DNA of 63,427 bases, filler included, from 10 parts of 10 records of this genome joined end to end with filler, not necessarily neighbours in it, one strand, 5' to 3'; shown: positions 19,124-28,432, numbered from the whole stretch's first letter. Program-made: numbers and translations. Notes: generated by a model from the letters alone, not told the origin.

Positions 19124-20107
19124 ATGAAATATACAGAGAAATTTGATTTTTCAAATGAAGATAATATTCAAAATGTTATTAATGGCTTGACTGTTCATTA
19201 TAAGATACTTGAATTTATTAAAAAAAATTATACAAAAGAAAATATAAGTGATTATAAAGATATTCTAAGATCAATAAGTGAAGGAACTCAAAACATTTAT
19301 AATCTTGGATATAATGATTCAAAAGTTGAAGCAATAATGAAGTTAATCTTTAGTATTTCTATTAATGAATTTGATATTAAGACATTAGCTACTAAAATGC
19401 TTAATTTCCTAAATAGTTATGCTTTTGATATCAATGATACTACAATTGAATTTCCTACTGATCTTGATTCAGCTAATGCACAAATATTGACATTAACTAA
19501 TCAAAATACTCAATTAGAAAGTCAAATGAATGTATCAACTAATGAGGTAGAAAGACTTCAAAATTTAATAGACCAATATGTACAAGGATTAGAAGTATTA
19601 AATAATACTATCAACTTGCCTGATCTGGTTAATGATGCGAATAAAATCCCATTAGTAAAACAAGTTGATTTATTGATTAGCACTCAATTGGCTATGCTAG
19701 TTGGAACTGCACCTGAAAATCTTGATACACTTGGTGAGTTAGCTAATGGATTTGAAAATAATAGTGATGTACTAGCTAATTTAGAAGTTATTGCATCAAA
19801 TAAGCTTGATTCTAGTTTATTTACAAAAGAAGTTATTCAAAATTTGTTTGGTGGAACGTTGTATGGTTTAGGTGGTAATTGTATAGATATTTCTAATCAA
19901 GATGTTAATCAGGATTTAATGTCTGGTTCATATATGGGTTATGGTTTAAGTAATGCACCTTATGAAGATTGGTTTTATTTAGATGTTTTGCGACATAATG
20001 ACAGATATTGTATTCAAAAATTATATAGCTTTCATCAAGATAAATTTTATATTAGACGTCAGGTGAATGGAACTTGGTTTGAATGGCGAAAAATAGGTTT
20101 AATATAA
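19124..20107 (+). CDS. Tail-fibre/receptor-binding-like protein with C-terminal pyocin-knob-like domain
   Basis: Coiled coil, LVGTAPENLDTLGELA fibre motif, C-terminal SG.Y..NAP..WFYLDV..Q..YIR..NGTW.EW. Confidence 0.7.
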   Translation: MKYTEKFDFSNEDNIQNVINGLTVHYKILEFIKKNYTKENISDYKDILRSISEGTQNIYNLGYNDSKVEAIMKLIFSISINEFDIKTLATKMLNFLNSYAFDINDTTIEFPTDLDSANAQILTLTNQNTQLESQMNVSTNEVERLQNLIDQYVQGLEVLNNTINLPDLVNDANKIPLVKQVDLLISTQLAMLVGTAPENLDTLGELANGFENNSDVLANLEVIASNKLDSSLFTKEVIQNLFGGTLYGLGGNCIDISNQDVNQDLMSGSYMGYGLSNAPYEDWFYLDVLRHNDRYCIQKLYSFHQDKFYIRRQVNGTWFEWRKIGLI

Positions 20108-20116
20108 GGTGATTAT

Positions 20117-22015
20117 ATGTCTAGTTTATTAATGGGGATTCAAAGTTTTGATGGTAATTCAGCAGATGCTTTTAAATCTTTTGTAAGTGGTACTATTTCA
20201 AATGTACAATCTGAATTAAGAAAAATTAGTGAAGGTGGATACTTTGCAAATGGATCTGTTATTTTAGGATTTAAATTTTATCAAAATAACGCTTTTCAAT
20301 TTATATTTGAAACAGGTGGTTTGGTAGGTAATGTAAAAGTTATTAATGCAGGTTATATATATAATGTTCATCCTAATTTTTTGGGGTGGCAATCTGATAC
20401 ATATGATCTTGATGATGGTTCAGTGTATAAATTCAACAAATATTCTACTAGTGCACAATATTGTTATTTCAATAGTCCAGTAGAAATAAGTTTTAATGAT
20501 TCATATACTACACCTGATCTTATTATAGAACAAACTCAAGAGGAAATAGATTATGCAAATAATGTAGTTGCTCAGATGCAACAAGCTGAATATCTTAATT
20601 GGCTAAATAATTCGCCATATGTAGCTAATTTAAGAGCACAGGAGAATATTGATCCAACTTTCTATTGGAATGAAGATCATGGAATATCAGATAATACATT
20701 CTGGTATACGTTCGAAACTGGACAATATACTGAGAATGGTTATACTAATATTCAAGAAACACAACCATTTGTACCAAGTTCAGGGGGTGAAACATCAGTG
20801 AGTGGAGATATAACAGTTAAAATGGATTGGGGTACTCCTCCACAAATTCAATTAGCAGGTGGTTCTGCAATATCGCTTGATGTTGGAACAAATAAACTTC
20901 CTCTTGAAATAGGTGATAGTAAATTAGGTATTGATACAACTAATGCTCTAATTGGAATCAGTTCGGATGGGTTAGAGGGTATATCTGTACCTATTAATAT
21001 TCCTGTAGGTACTACATTGGATGTTTCTCCAACAGGTGAAATTAATTTAAATACTGAGGGTGCATATGTAGTTGTTAACACGGATGGTCTAGCAATACCA
21101 ATTGAAAAACCTGCTGGGTTAACACTTCCAGTTGAAGTCGGTACCCAGAAGATAGTATTAGATCATGACTTACCTGCAAATATTTCTGTCACTGATTCAA
21201 TGCCAAATCAGATTACTGTTGTTGATTCTATCCCTAATGAGATAACTGCAAACTTAGATACTTCTAATGCTAGTGTTGACTTGAATACTACTGATAAGTT
21301 TGTTGATCTTGTAACAGATCAGAAGAGTGTTGACCTAAATACTGAGGGTAAACTATTAGAAGTTGACACAAATAATAAGACAGTAGGTATCGACACTACT
21401 AATGCTAGTGTGACACTTGATGGTGAATTAAACCTGACAACTGAAAATTTAAACATAGAAATGTCAGGTGTTGAGAGTAAATTAGCTCAAGTAGTAGAGC
21501 AAATGACAGTAGCTAATGAAAAGAGAAGTTTTGCTAATACAATAAGAGATTTAAGACATCAAAGAGAATATAAAGATGATGGAACAGGTATAAGAGATAT
21601 TGAGAGAAAAAATGCTGAGTTCCAAGATAAAGTAAATAATAGTAAGACAAGTGAAGGTTTAGATAGAGAAGGTAGAGAAAAAGAAGCTTTCGAACAGCAG
21701 TTTAATAAAACTCCGGATGAAACTGGAATGGGAAAAGGACATTTTCTGAGGTTAAAAAATTCAGGTTATTATGTTGGAAATACAGTTAATATGTACAATG
21801 AGTTATATGATTATGAAATTAAAGGTTCAGATGTTAAAAGTGTTACATATATATTTGATCCTCTTAAAATATTAAATGAGCAATTTGGGTTTAAAACAGA
21901 TTATGATAATGATTTAAATGGTGAGTTTGATCAAATAGCAGATATACATAAAAAAACTGTTTCAAGTAATGAAATGGATTCAAAACCAGAAACAGTTGAA
22001 ACTACTCAACAATAG
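20117..22015 (+). CDS. Large structural-like protein with beta-repeat shaft
   Basis: 632 aa; 10-aa and 9-aa tandem repeats followed by a charged helical C-terminus. Confidence 0.55.
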   Translation: MSSLLMGIQSFDGNSADAFKSFVSGTISNVQSELRKISEGGYFANGSVILGFKFYQNNAFQFIFETGGLVGNVKVINAGYIYNVHPNFLGWQSDTYDLDDGSVYKFNKYSTSAQYCYFNSPVEISFNDSYTTPDLIIEQTQEEIDYANNVVAQMQQAEYLNWLNNSPYVANLRAQENIDPTFYWNEDHGISDNTFWYTFETGQYTENGYTNIQETQPFVPSSGGETSVSGDITVKMDWGTPPQIQLAGGSAISLDVGTNKLPLEIGDSKLGIDTTNALIGISSDGLEGISVPINIPVGTTLDVSPTGEINLNTEGAYVVVNTDGLAIPIEKPAGLTLPVEVGTQKIVLDHDLPANISVTDSMPNQITVVDSIPNEITANLDTSNASVDLNTTDKFVDLVTDQKSVDLNTEGKLLEVDTNNKTVGIDTTNASVTLDGELNLTTENLNIEMSGVESKLAQVVEQMTVANEKRSFANTIRDLRHQREYKDDGTGIRDIERKNAEFQDKVNNSKTSEGLDREGREKEAFEQQFNKTPDETGMGKGHFLRLKNSGYYVGNTVNMYNELYDYEIKGSDVKSVTYIFDPLKILNEQFGFKTDYDNDLNGEFDQIADIHKKTVSSNEMDSKPETVETTQQ

Positions 22016-22169
22016 AATGACAATATTTACATTTGGTTGCTTTTTTAGGAATAGTGCTTCTACAGTGAGGACATTTTTTATAAAACAATCTTGATATAAA
22101 ATATATAACTGATACCCATATAATTATCATAGGTAACATTATTATTATTCCTGATAACTCATTATTCAT
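22002..22169 (-). CDS. 55-aa membrane-anchored zinc-ribbon protein (absent from the ORF track)
   Basis: GGAGG RBS; MNNELSGIIIMLPMIIIWVSVIYFISRLFYKKCPHCRSTIPKKATKCKYCHSIVE. Confidence 0.75.
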   Translation of the reverse strand: MNNELSGIIIMLPMIIIWVSVIYFISRLFYKKCPHCRSTIPKKATKCKYCHSIVE

Positions 22170-22233
22170 TTAGTGACCTCCAAGTTTTTATTTTTATTAT
22201 AATTTTTTTTTATCAAAAAGGCAAGGTGAGTTT

Positions 22234-22935
22234 ATGGATCCAATTATTACTCCTACAGTTGGTTATGCTATTTCTGGAATTATTGTAGGTGCTACAAATA
22301 TGATAATTGAATCTGCGATGGATGCAGCACTCGATGTAACTGTTGATTATGTCTCAGAACAATTAGAAAAAGTTTTTCCTGAAATTTCAAATCCAGAGAG
22401 TTTTTGGGGTAAATTTGCAACGAATGTAAAGATGAACGCTAGCGCTCAAATGCAAGCGAGAATAATGAGTCAAGCTATGCAAGTTCAAAATACTGCAACT
22501 GATTACATTGAAGGTTTGAGGAAACAACGAATTGATCAACATAATACTGATTGTAATGAATTAGATCAAAGTAATCCAACTTTTAATGAGTCTGCTTCAT
22601 CTTTAAATATGTTTGAGTATGTGACTTTAAAACCTTTTAGAGATGGATCAATGTTTAATAAAAAATATAGAAATGGTAAAAAAGCTAAGCTAAAAGATGA
22701 TTTAAGTAGAGATTTAGAGAGATATGATAAAGAGTTAAATACATTTAGAGAAACTCGAAATACTGGTTATGGTGAATCTAAAGCATTCAGTAATAGTTTC
22801 GCTGACTATAACCAATCAGCAAATAGTCATATGACTAGTAATGTTAGGAATGCAACTACTATTGATAAGTTGCTTGTTGGAATGGGTTATTATAAAGATA
22901 AAGAAGGTGTATATAAGTTAGGAAGTGCATCGTAA
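22234..22935 (+). CDS. Hypothetical virion protein, DNA-pilot-like
   Basis: Hydrophobic G/A-rich N-terminus then Q/N/A-rich helical region. Confidence 0.4.
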   Translation: MDPIITPTVGYAISGIIVGATNMIIESAMDAALDVTVDYVSEQLEKVFPEISNPESFWGKFATNVKMNASAQMQARIMSQAMQVQNTATDYIEGLRKQRIDQHNTDCNELDQSNPTFNESASSLNMFEYVTLKPFRDGSMFNKKYRNGKKAKLKDDLSRDLERYDKELNTFRETRNTGYGESKAFSNSFADYNQSANSHMTSNVRNATTIDKLLVGMGYYKDKEGVYKLGSAS

Positions 22936-23334
22936 ATGGCTGAATGTAAAGTTACTTATTTAAATGGTGGTGGAGATACTACCATAAGAGATGCTAATTT
23001 TGAGGATGATAATGATGCAATAAATTTTGCTGAATACTATAATGCTGTAAATGATAAAGCTAAGGTTATAAAGATAACTAAGGTTGTTTGTGATTTATCG
23101 AATAAAGATAAAGATTTATTCTTAGGTTCTCAAAATTATACTACAACTGATACTTTAGAGGAAAAATTCCAATATGATGCTCGTATTGATGGTGTCATAG
23201 GCTCATTGTCAGTTAGTATACCGTATTTACCTATAAATATGTCGGATACTAAGAAAAAAGCTCTTGTAGGCTATATGAGAGAGTTTGTTAATTTAGACAC
23301 TGGTACTATTCAGAAGAGTAAAAGATTTAATTAG
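22936..23334 (+). CDS. Hypothetical protein, candidate minor coat protein
   Basis: 132 aa, starts directly after the previous stop; weak resemblance to the next ORF. Confidence 0.4.
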   Translation: MAECKVTYLNGGGDTTIRDANFEDDNDAINFAEYYNAVNDKAKVIKITKVVCDLSNKDKDLFLGSQNYTTTDTLEEKFQYDARIDGVIGSLSVSIPYLPINMSDTKKKALVGYMREFVNLDTGTIQKSKRFN

Positions 23335-23396
23335 TAAGGCTATAGCAAACTTAATATAAATAATAAAAAAAGAGAGAGAAAAAGGAGAGATGCAAA

Positions 23397-23846
23397 ATGG
23401 CATTAGAGAATAACAAACCGCAACCGAAAATTGGAATGAGAAGAGGTAAAACAAATTATGAACAGTTTAAGATGTATGATTCACCTCAGTATTCTAAATC
23501 TAACGGGATTTATATGGATGTAACTAAAGCGCAAATGACTGGTGTTATGGTTAATTTTGATGCTTTATTATACGATCTTAGATTACCGGATGGAACTTCA
23601 CAAACTGATACTTCATTTGTTCCTCAGGCGGATGCTGACATTACAGATTCAGTTAAAAAAGTAATGACAGTAAATTTCACTAATAGTAAATCAGCTAGTA
23701 TTTTTGCACCTTGGATTAAAACAGCTAAAATCGAGGATGTTGTTGATTTCTTAGGACAAGGAACTTGGAAGGATGCAGATGGAACTGCACTTGTAGTTGA
23801 TACTGTTGATTACAAGACTTCAAAATCATTTGCACCTGCTGTATAA
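23397..23846 (+). CDS. Hypothetical protein, candidate major coat protein
   Basis: 149 aa, strong AAAGGAG RBS, double TAA stop, downstream terminator-like hairpin. Confidence 0.4.
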   Translation: MALENNKPQPKIGMRRGKTNYEQFKMYDSPQYSKSNGIYMDVTKAQMTGVMVNFDALLYDLRLPDGTSQTDTSFVPQADADITDSVKKVMTVNFTNSKSASIFAPWIKTAKIEDVVDFLGQGTWKDADGTALVVDTVDYKTSKSFAPAV

Positions 23847-23870
23847 TAGAGTTTTGGTAAATTAAATATT

Positions 23871-23922
23871 AGGCTTGATTAGTCGAACGGCTGTAAAGCT
23901 GTGAGAAAAATCAGGCCTTTTT
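23871..23922 (+). terminator. Stem-loop with inner GNRA hairpin followed by U-tract
   Basis: aggcttgatt pairs with aatcaggcct, then tttt; inner acggct-GTAA-agctgt. Confidence 0.55.
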
Positions 23923-24087
23923 AATTTGTAACCTTTCTTATTTTTACCGGGACAGGACTATCATCCCTTATAAATTATCTTCGAGTAAAAATGAGAATGG
24001 TTAGAGCCGGGCTAGAACCTATTTGATAGATTACCTTTCTTCCCGGGTCCAGGCTTCACACTTACATTAATAAAAAAAGGGGGTCAT

Positions 24088-24456
24088 ATGAAATATTTTT
24101 TTGGTAAAACATCAAACGAACAACTAAAAACATTAGATATTAAACTAGTTATATTATTAAGTTATGCCATAGGTACATCACCTGTAGATTTTACAGTAAA
24201 AGAAGGTTATAGAGCTAAGGACTTGCAAAATAAATATTTTAGAGAAGGAAAATCAAAACTAAAATTTCCTGAATCAACACATAATTTATTACCAAGTTTA
24301 GGGGTAGACTTATACCCAGTGTCAGGAAAAGTGGAAGATTTTTTTATACTATCAACTCATATTAAACAATGTTCTAAGGTTCTTAGAATACCTATTGAAT
24401 GGGGTGGAGATTGGAAAAGTTTTAAAGATCTTCCTCATTATCAGTTGGTGAGATAA
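24088..24456 (+). CDS. Peptidase M15 (L-Ala-D-Glu type) endolysin
   Basis: EGYR..Q..STH..VD..WGGDW..F.D.PH.QL. Confidence 0.88.
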   Translation: MKYFFGKTSNEQLKTLDIKLVILLSYAIGTSPVDFTVKEGYRAKDLQNKYFREGKSKLKFPESTHNLLPSLGVDLYPVSGKVEDFFILSTHIKQCSKVLRIPIEWGGDWKSFKDLPHYQLVR

Positions 24457-24720
24457 ATGGCTAATTGTGATTATAATTGTCCAGAAATGAAAAATCTGGC
24501 AAGTAGGGTAGATAAGTTAGAAGCGAATCAAGTGGAGATTAAAGATACACAAAATAAGTGGATTACTAAAACAGCAGTTCAAGATAATGCTATTCAAACA
24601 TTTAATGAGAATTTCAGAGAGTTAAAAGATGATCTTAAGAAGATCGGATATAAGACAATTGGGTCTGTACTTTTCTTAGTACTAGTACAGATCATGGGAT
24701 TAATATTTATTAAATCTTAA
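24457..24720 (+). CDS. Holin-like (XhlA-type) protein
   Basis: Coiled coil plus a single C-terminal TM helix, directly after the endolysin. Confidence 0.6.
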   Translation: MANCDYNCPEMKNLASRVDKLEANQVEIKDTQNKWITKTAVQDNAIQTFNENFRELKDDLKKIGYKTIGSVLFLVLVQIMGLIFIKS

Positions 24721-24912
24721 ATTATATCATGAAAAAAGAATATTGTATTTAATTAAGCCAAGAATTAAGCTATTTTTTATTATTTAGTTTAAATTTTGGC
24801 TATTTTTATTTAATTTAAGTTTATTTTAACTATTTCACTTGTATATTAAATTCAAGACTTTTTATATGTGATAGCATTTACTTATAAAGTATACAAGGAA
24901 GGGGAAATAGGA

Positions 24913-25213
24913 ATGTTTGAATTAAATAATAGCTTAGAAAAGATGATAATTGAGAGATTTAAACCTGAGATTGAAGAGTTACTTAATACTATCATGTATG
25001 AAGAGAGAGAAATGTTTTTAGAGTGCTATAACACTGTTGGTGATGGCTATAACTCAAGAAAATTGCAGACTACTTTACAATTTAACTTAGAGTTAAAAGT
25101 TCCTAAAGTAAGAGAGTATAGCAAGGATTTGAATTACTCTGTATTCAAGAAATATCAAAGAAAAACAGAAGAATTTGAAAACCTATTTAAGAAAATGTAC
25201 ACATCAAGATTAT
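24913..25213 (+). mobile_element. IS256-family transposase N-terminus (truncated)
   Basis: ERE.FL..GY..R.L.T..LEL.VP.VR..S.F.KYQR pattern. Confidence 0.7.
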
Positions 25214-25567
25214 NNNNNNNNNNNNNNNNNNNNNNNNNNNNNNNNNNNNNNNNNNNNTTAATTAATTAANNNNNNNNNNNNNNNNNNNNNNNNNNNNNNN
25301 NNNNNNNNNNNNNTATAAGAAACTAATTAAAATTTATATAGCTGTATTCTCCTGAAATAATCTATCATTTTCATTAGTCATTATCTTTAGATTTTACTCT
25401 AATGATTTACAGTTCTATTAACGTACTCTCATCCCCTTTTTTTATCATCTCTATAATTATACCTGCTCTTTTTAAGTATTCAAAGAGTAGTCGTTATTTT
25501 TTATATAATTTTAATAATTTTTCTTTATAAAAATACCCCTTTTCTCAATTGAAAAGGGGTAATAACA

Positions 25568-27022
25568 CTAAATTATTTTTAAAAATGCTTTAACTACTTT
25601 CAGGTCAAATTGTGAGCCTGCATTATTTTTCAACTCATTAATAGCATACTCTTTTGCCTGAGCAGATCTATACGGCCTGTCACTAGTCATTGCATCATAT
25701 GCATCCACTACAGCTAGTATTCTTGCTTCAATAGGAGTTTCCTCTCCAATCAATTTATTGGGATATCCACGTCCATCCCATCTCTCATGATGGTGAAGCA
25801 CTATCTTAGCTATATCTACTAATTCCGATGATTTTCTCAGACTTTTATAACCTATAACCGGATGTTCCTTGATACAATTAAACTCATCTTCACTTAACCG
25901 CTCTTTTTTCCTTAGGATATCACCAGGGATTATTGTCTTTCCTATATCATGAACTAAACCTGCATAATAAGTTTTTACTATACTCTCTCTGGATAAATTA
26001 AGCTTCTCAGCTAATTTTTCACTTAGTTCAGCTACATTTTCACTATGATCTTTGGTATACACGTCGTGCTGTTCCAATAGTCCGGATAGTGATATTATTA
26101 TATGATTTGTCAAACTCAACTGTTCTTTTTGATATTTTTTTAACTTCTCAACAGCATGCTCCCTCTCTGTTACATCAGAAAACACTACTGCAAAACTATC
26201 TTTTCTTGGTGAAAATGCCTGACATTCAAAATGTTTATCCATTTCAACTGAATAATTTTTGAAAAACATTGGTTTTCCCGTTTTTGCAACTTCACCGTAA
26301 CTGTCTATCCAATACTGCTCTGTATTGGGCAGTAATTCCTTTACTGTTTTTCCTATTGTTGTTTCTCTCTTTAATCCTGTAACCTTCTCAAAATTAGGAT
26401 TAATATCAACAAATCGATAATCAAGCGCTTTTCCGTCTTCATCATAAATCATATCATGCAGAGCAAAAGCTTCTATCATATTCTCAAATAACTCTTTATA
26501 TTTTCTACTTTTTTTATTCACTTTTAACAATAGATAAATCGTTGTAAATATTGCAAGGAGTAAAACCAGCATAACAATGTTTTTTAATGTATTTAAAGTT
26601 TTGGCAGTTTTTATCTCTTCTGTTACATCTCTAATTGTTGATAATAAAACCTTTTTATTATTATTCTCCATAGGATATGATGTCACATAAACATCTCTTA
26701 CATCTCCATTATGAAGTAGATGCTTAAAATGAAAATAGTTTCTCTTCTCATATTTTGCACTAGACATCTCATTTCTTATTTCACCAACACTTAGGGTATT
26801 TATATCATCTATTGTCATTCCTATTAACTGTGAATATTGATAAAACTTATGCGCTCCGCTACTGGCATTTAATATCTCACCACTAGTTGGCTCAATCATA
26901 AGAAGTATATTCTTTGACGTCACAAAATCATTATCTGAATAGTTCAAGTCAGCAGATAGATTTGAATATATAAAATTGAAAATTAAAAGTAACAAAAAAA
27001 TAGTTCTTTTCATCAGGTTCAA
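25568..27022 (-). CDS. Membrane PAS/HD-GYP c-di-GMP phosphodiesterase
   Basis: HDIGK, HHERWDGRGYP, DAYDAMTS.RPYR; two PAS-like regions and a TM helix. Confidence 0.9.
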   Translation of the reverse strand: MNLMKRTIFLLLLIFNFIYSNLSADLNYSDNDFVTSKNILLMIEPTSGEILNASSGAHKFYQYSQLIGMTIDDINTLSVGEIRNEMSSAKYEKRNYFHFKHLLHNGDVRDVYVTSYPMENNNKKVLLSTIRDVTEEIKTAKTLNTLKNIVMLVLLLAIFTTIYLLLKVNKKSRKYKELFENMIEAFALHDMIYDEDGKALDYRFVDINPNFEKVTGLKRETTIGKTVKELLPNTEQYWIDSYGEVAKTGKPMFFKNYSVEMDKHFECQAFSPRKDSFAVVFSDVTEREHAVEKLKKYQKEQLSLTNHIIISLSGLLEQHDVYTKDHSENVAELSEKLAEKLNLSRESIVKTYYAGLVHDIGKTIIPGDILRKKERLSEDEFNCIKEHPVIGYKSLRKSSELVDIAKIVLHHHERWDGRGYPNKLIGEETPIEARILAVVDAYDAMTSDRPYRSAQAKEYAINELKNNAGSQFDLKVVKAFLKII

Positions 27023-27301
27023 CTCCAGAGTTTTACTTAATTATTCTTGTGTCAATTTGTTTGCAAGTAAGTCAATTATATCCTATTCTCCGTGACAAAT
27101 CAATCATGTATACACTATTTAACATTGATTTTTTTTATGTTTCGCAGTGAATTCCTTTTGTATTCAAACTAATTCTCAATTATGTTAACGAAAGGGATTG
27201 ATTATTAACGCCCTATAGAATTTGATAACGAAATAATTAATATACAAGAGTTTTTCTTAATTTTAACAAAAATAATTAAAACATATAAAATTCTTTAACT
27301 T

Positions 27302-28162
27302 CTATTTATCATAAAAATCTATTACCTCTTTAGCTCGTTTTGTTATAAACTGATTAGGACGATCAACCTGACCTACTGAAACCAGCAAATTACCCAGCTT
27401 CTTTTCCAAATTCCACTCTTTATTAGCAATCTGCTTTGATTTCAGAAGCTCTATTGCAGGAAGCAGTTTATCAGATTTTACCTTTTCTCTCTTTAATATC
27501 CACAATATTTCCAATATATCACTTCTATACATATTGGGAAAAGTTAACTTATCTATCCCTCTAATCATTATTTTATTCTCTTTTCTGGAGCTATAGCAGA
27601 CTTTATGTAATAATATAAAATCTATGCATTTTTCTAATAATTCATTTGCTGCACTATTTCTCAAATGTTTTGGGATAAACGAGATCCCTTTCGCTAATTT
27701 CACGATTCCCCAATAACAGCTATGTTTACCATAACAGCTCTTATTATTACAATATTGATTTTTTTCGTCTATGTATTCACCATCATCAAAACGTTGATTT
27801 TTATTAAAAAATTCAATCACACTATAGGTTCTATCATCAATTTTATTATTAAAATAACTATCAAGATAAATAAGATTCCCATTCAGGCACGGTATAGGGA
27901 AATGATCCTCTTTTAGAGAGTATATCCCCTCTTCAGGGTCAAAAAATTGATCTTTTATTATCTTAAGAGTTTTCTCTACCCTGGGATCATTGTTTGCTAT
28001 CTCCATATCCGTCAGTTGAATGAGTACCCATAATGATGCACGAAAATTTGGCACATAGTGCAGATACTTTGGATAATATTTATGTTTTTCATCAATTTCC
28101 TTCCAACATCCGTTTGAATTTTGATGTTCAAAAATCTTAGCAATTATTTTGTCTCTTTCCAA
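27302..28162 (-). CDS. Hypothetical protein with prenyltransferase/squalene-cyclase-like QxxxGxW repeats
   Basis: HQNSNGCW, NQRFDDG, SCYWG, LTFP..Y.SDILE. Confidence 0.55.
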   Translation of the reverse strand: MERDKIIAKIFEHQNSNGCWKEIDEKHKYYPKYLHYVPNFRASLWVLIQLTDMEIANNDPRVEKTLKIIKDQFFDPEEGIYSLKEDHFPIPCLNGNLIYLDSYFNNKIDDRTYSVIEFFNKNQRFDDGEYIDEKNQYCNNKSCYGKHSCYWGIVKLAKGISFIPKHLRNSAANELLEKCIDFILLHKVCYSSRKENKIMIRGIDKLTFPNMYRSDILEILWILKREKVKSDKLLPAIELLKSKQIANKEWNLEKKLGNLLVSVGQVDRPNQFITKRAKEVIDFYDK

Positions 28163-28432
28163 TTATTATACCTCCCATAAATTCCATACTTATTAAGTAA
28201 AAAATAGTTCAACTTTTTGTGCAATTTACACTTTAATATATTATAATTGTATTGTATGTATATTTTATTCACCATATTTTTCATGAGTCCACGGGACTCT
28301 TCTATGTTTTATTTATTCTATTCCTATCTTTTAATTCCTTTATTTATTAAGGATAACAAAACAATATTTTAACACGGGGATCTTACACAATACAATTTAC
28401 ATAAATAACAAAAAACAGGAGGGGTACAATTT

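Larger units (their letters stand above)
17880..24720 (+). mobile_element. Compact rolling-circle virus-like element/prophage (left end missing)
   Basis: Co-directional, tightly packed Rep, SSB-like, structural-like, endolysin and holin genes. Confidence 0.75.

Noticed and set aside
17880-24720. Classification as an ordinary inovirus, microvirus or tailed prophage
   Set aside because: No Zot/pI ATPase, TM coat, recognisable microvirus capsid, terminase or portal in the visible part; lysis cassette present. The missing left flank leaves some doubt
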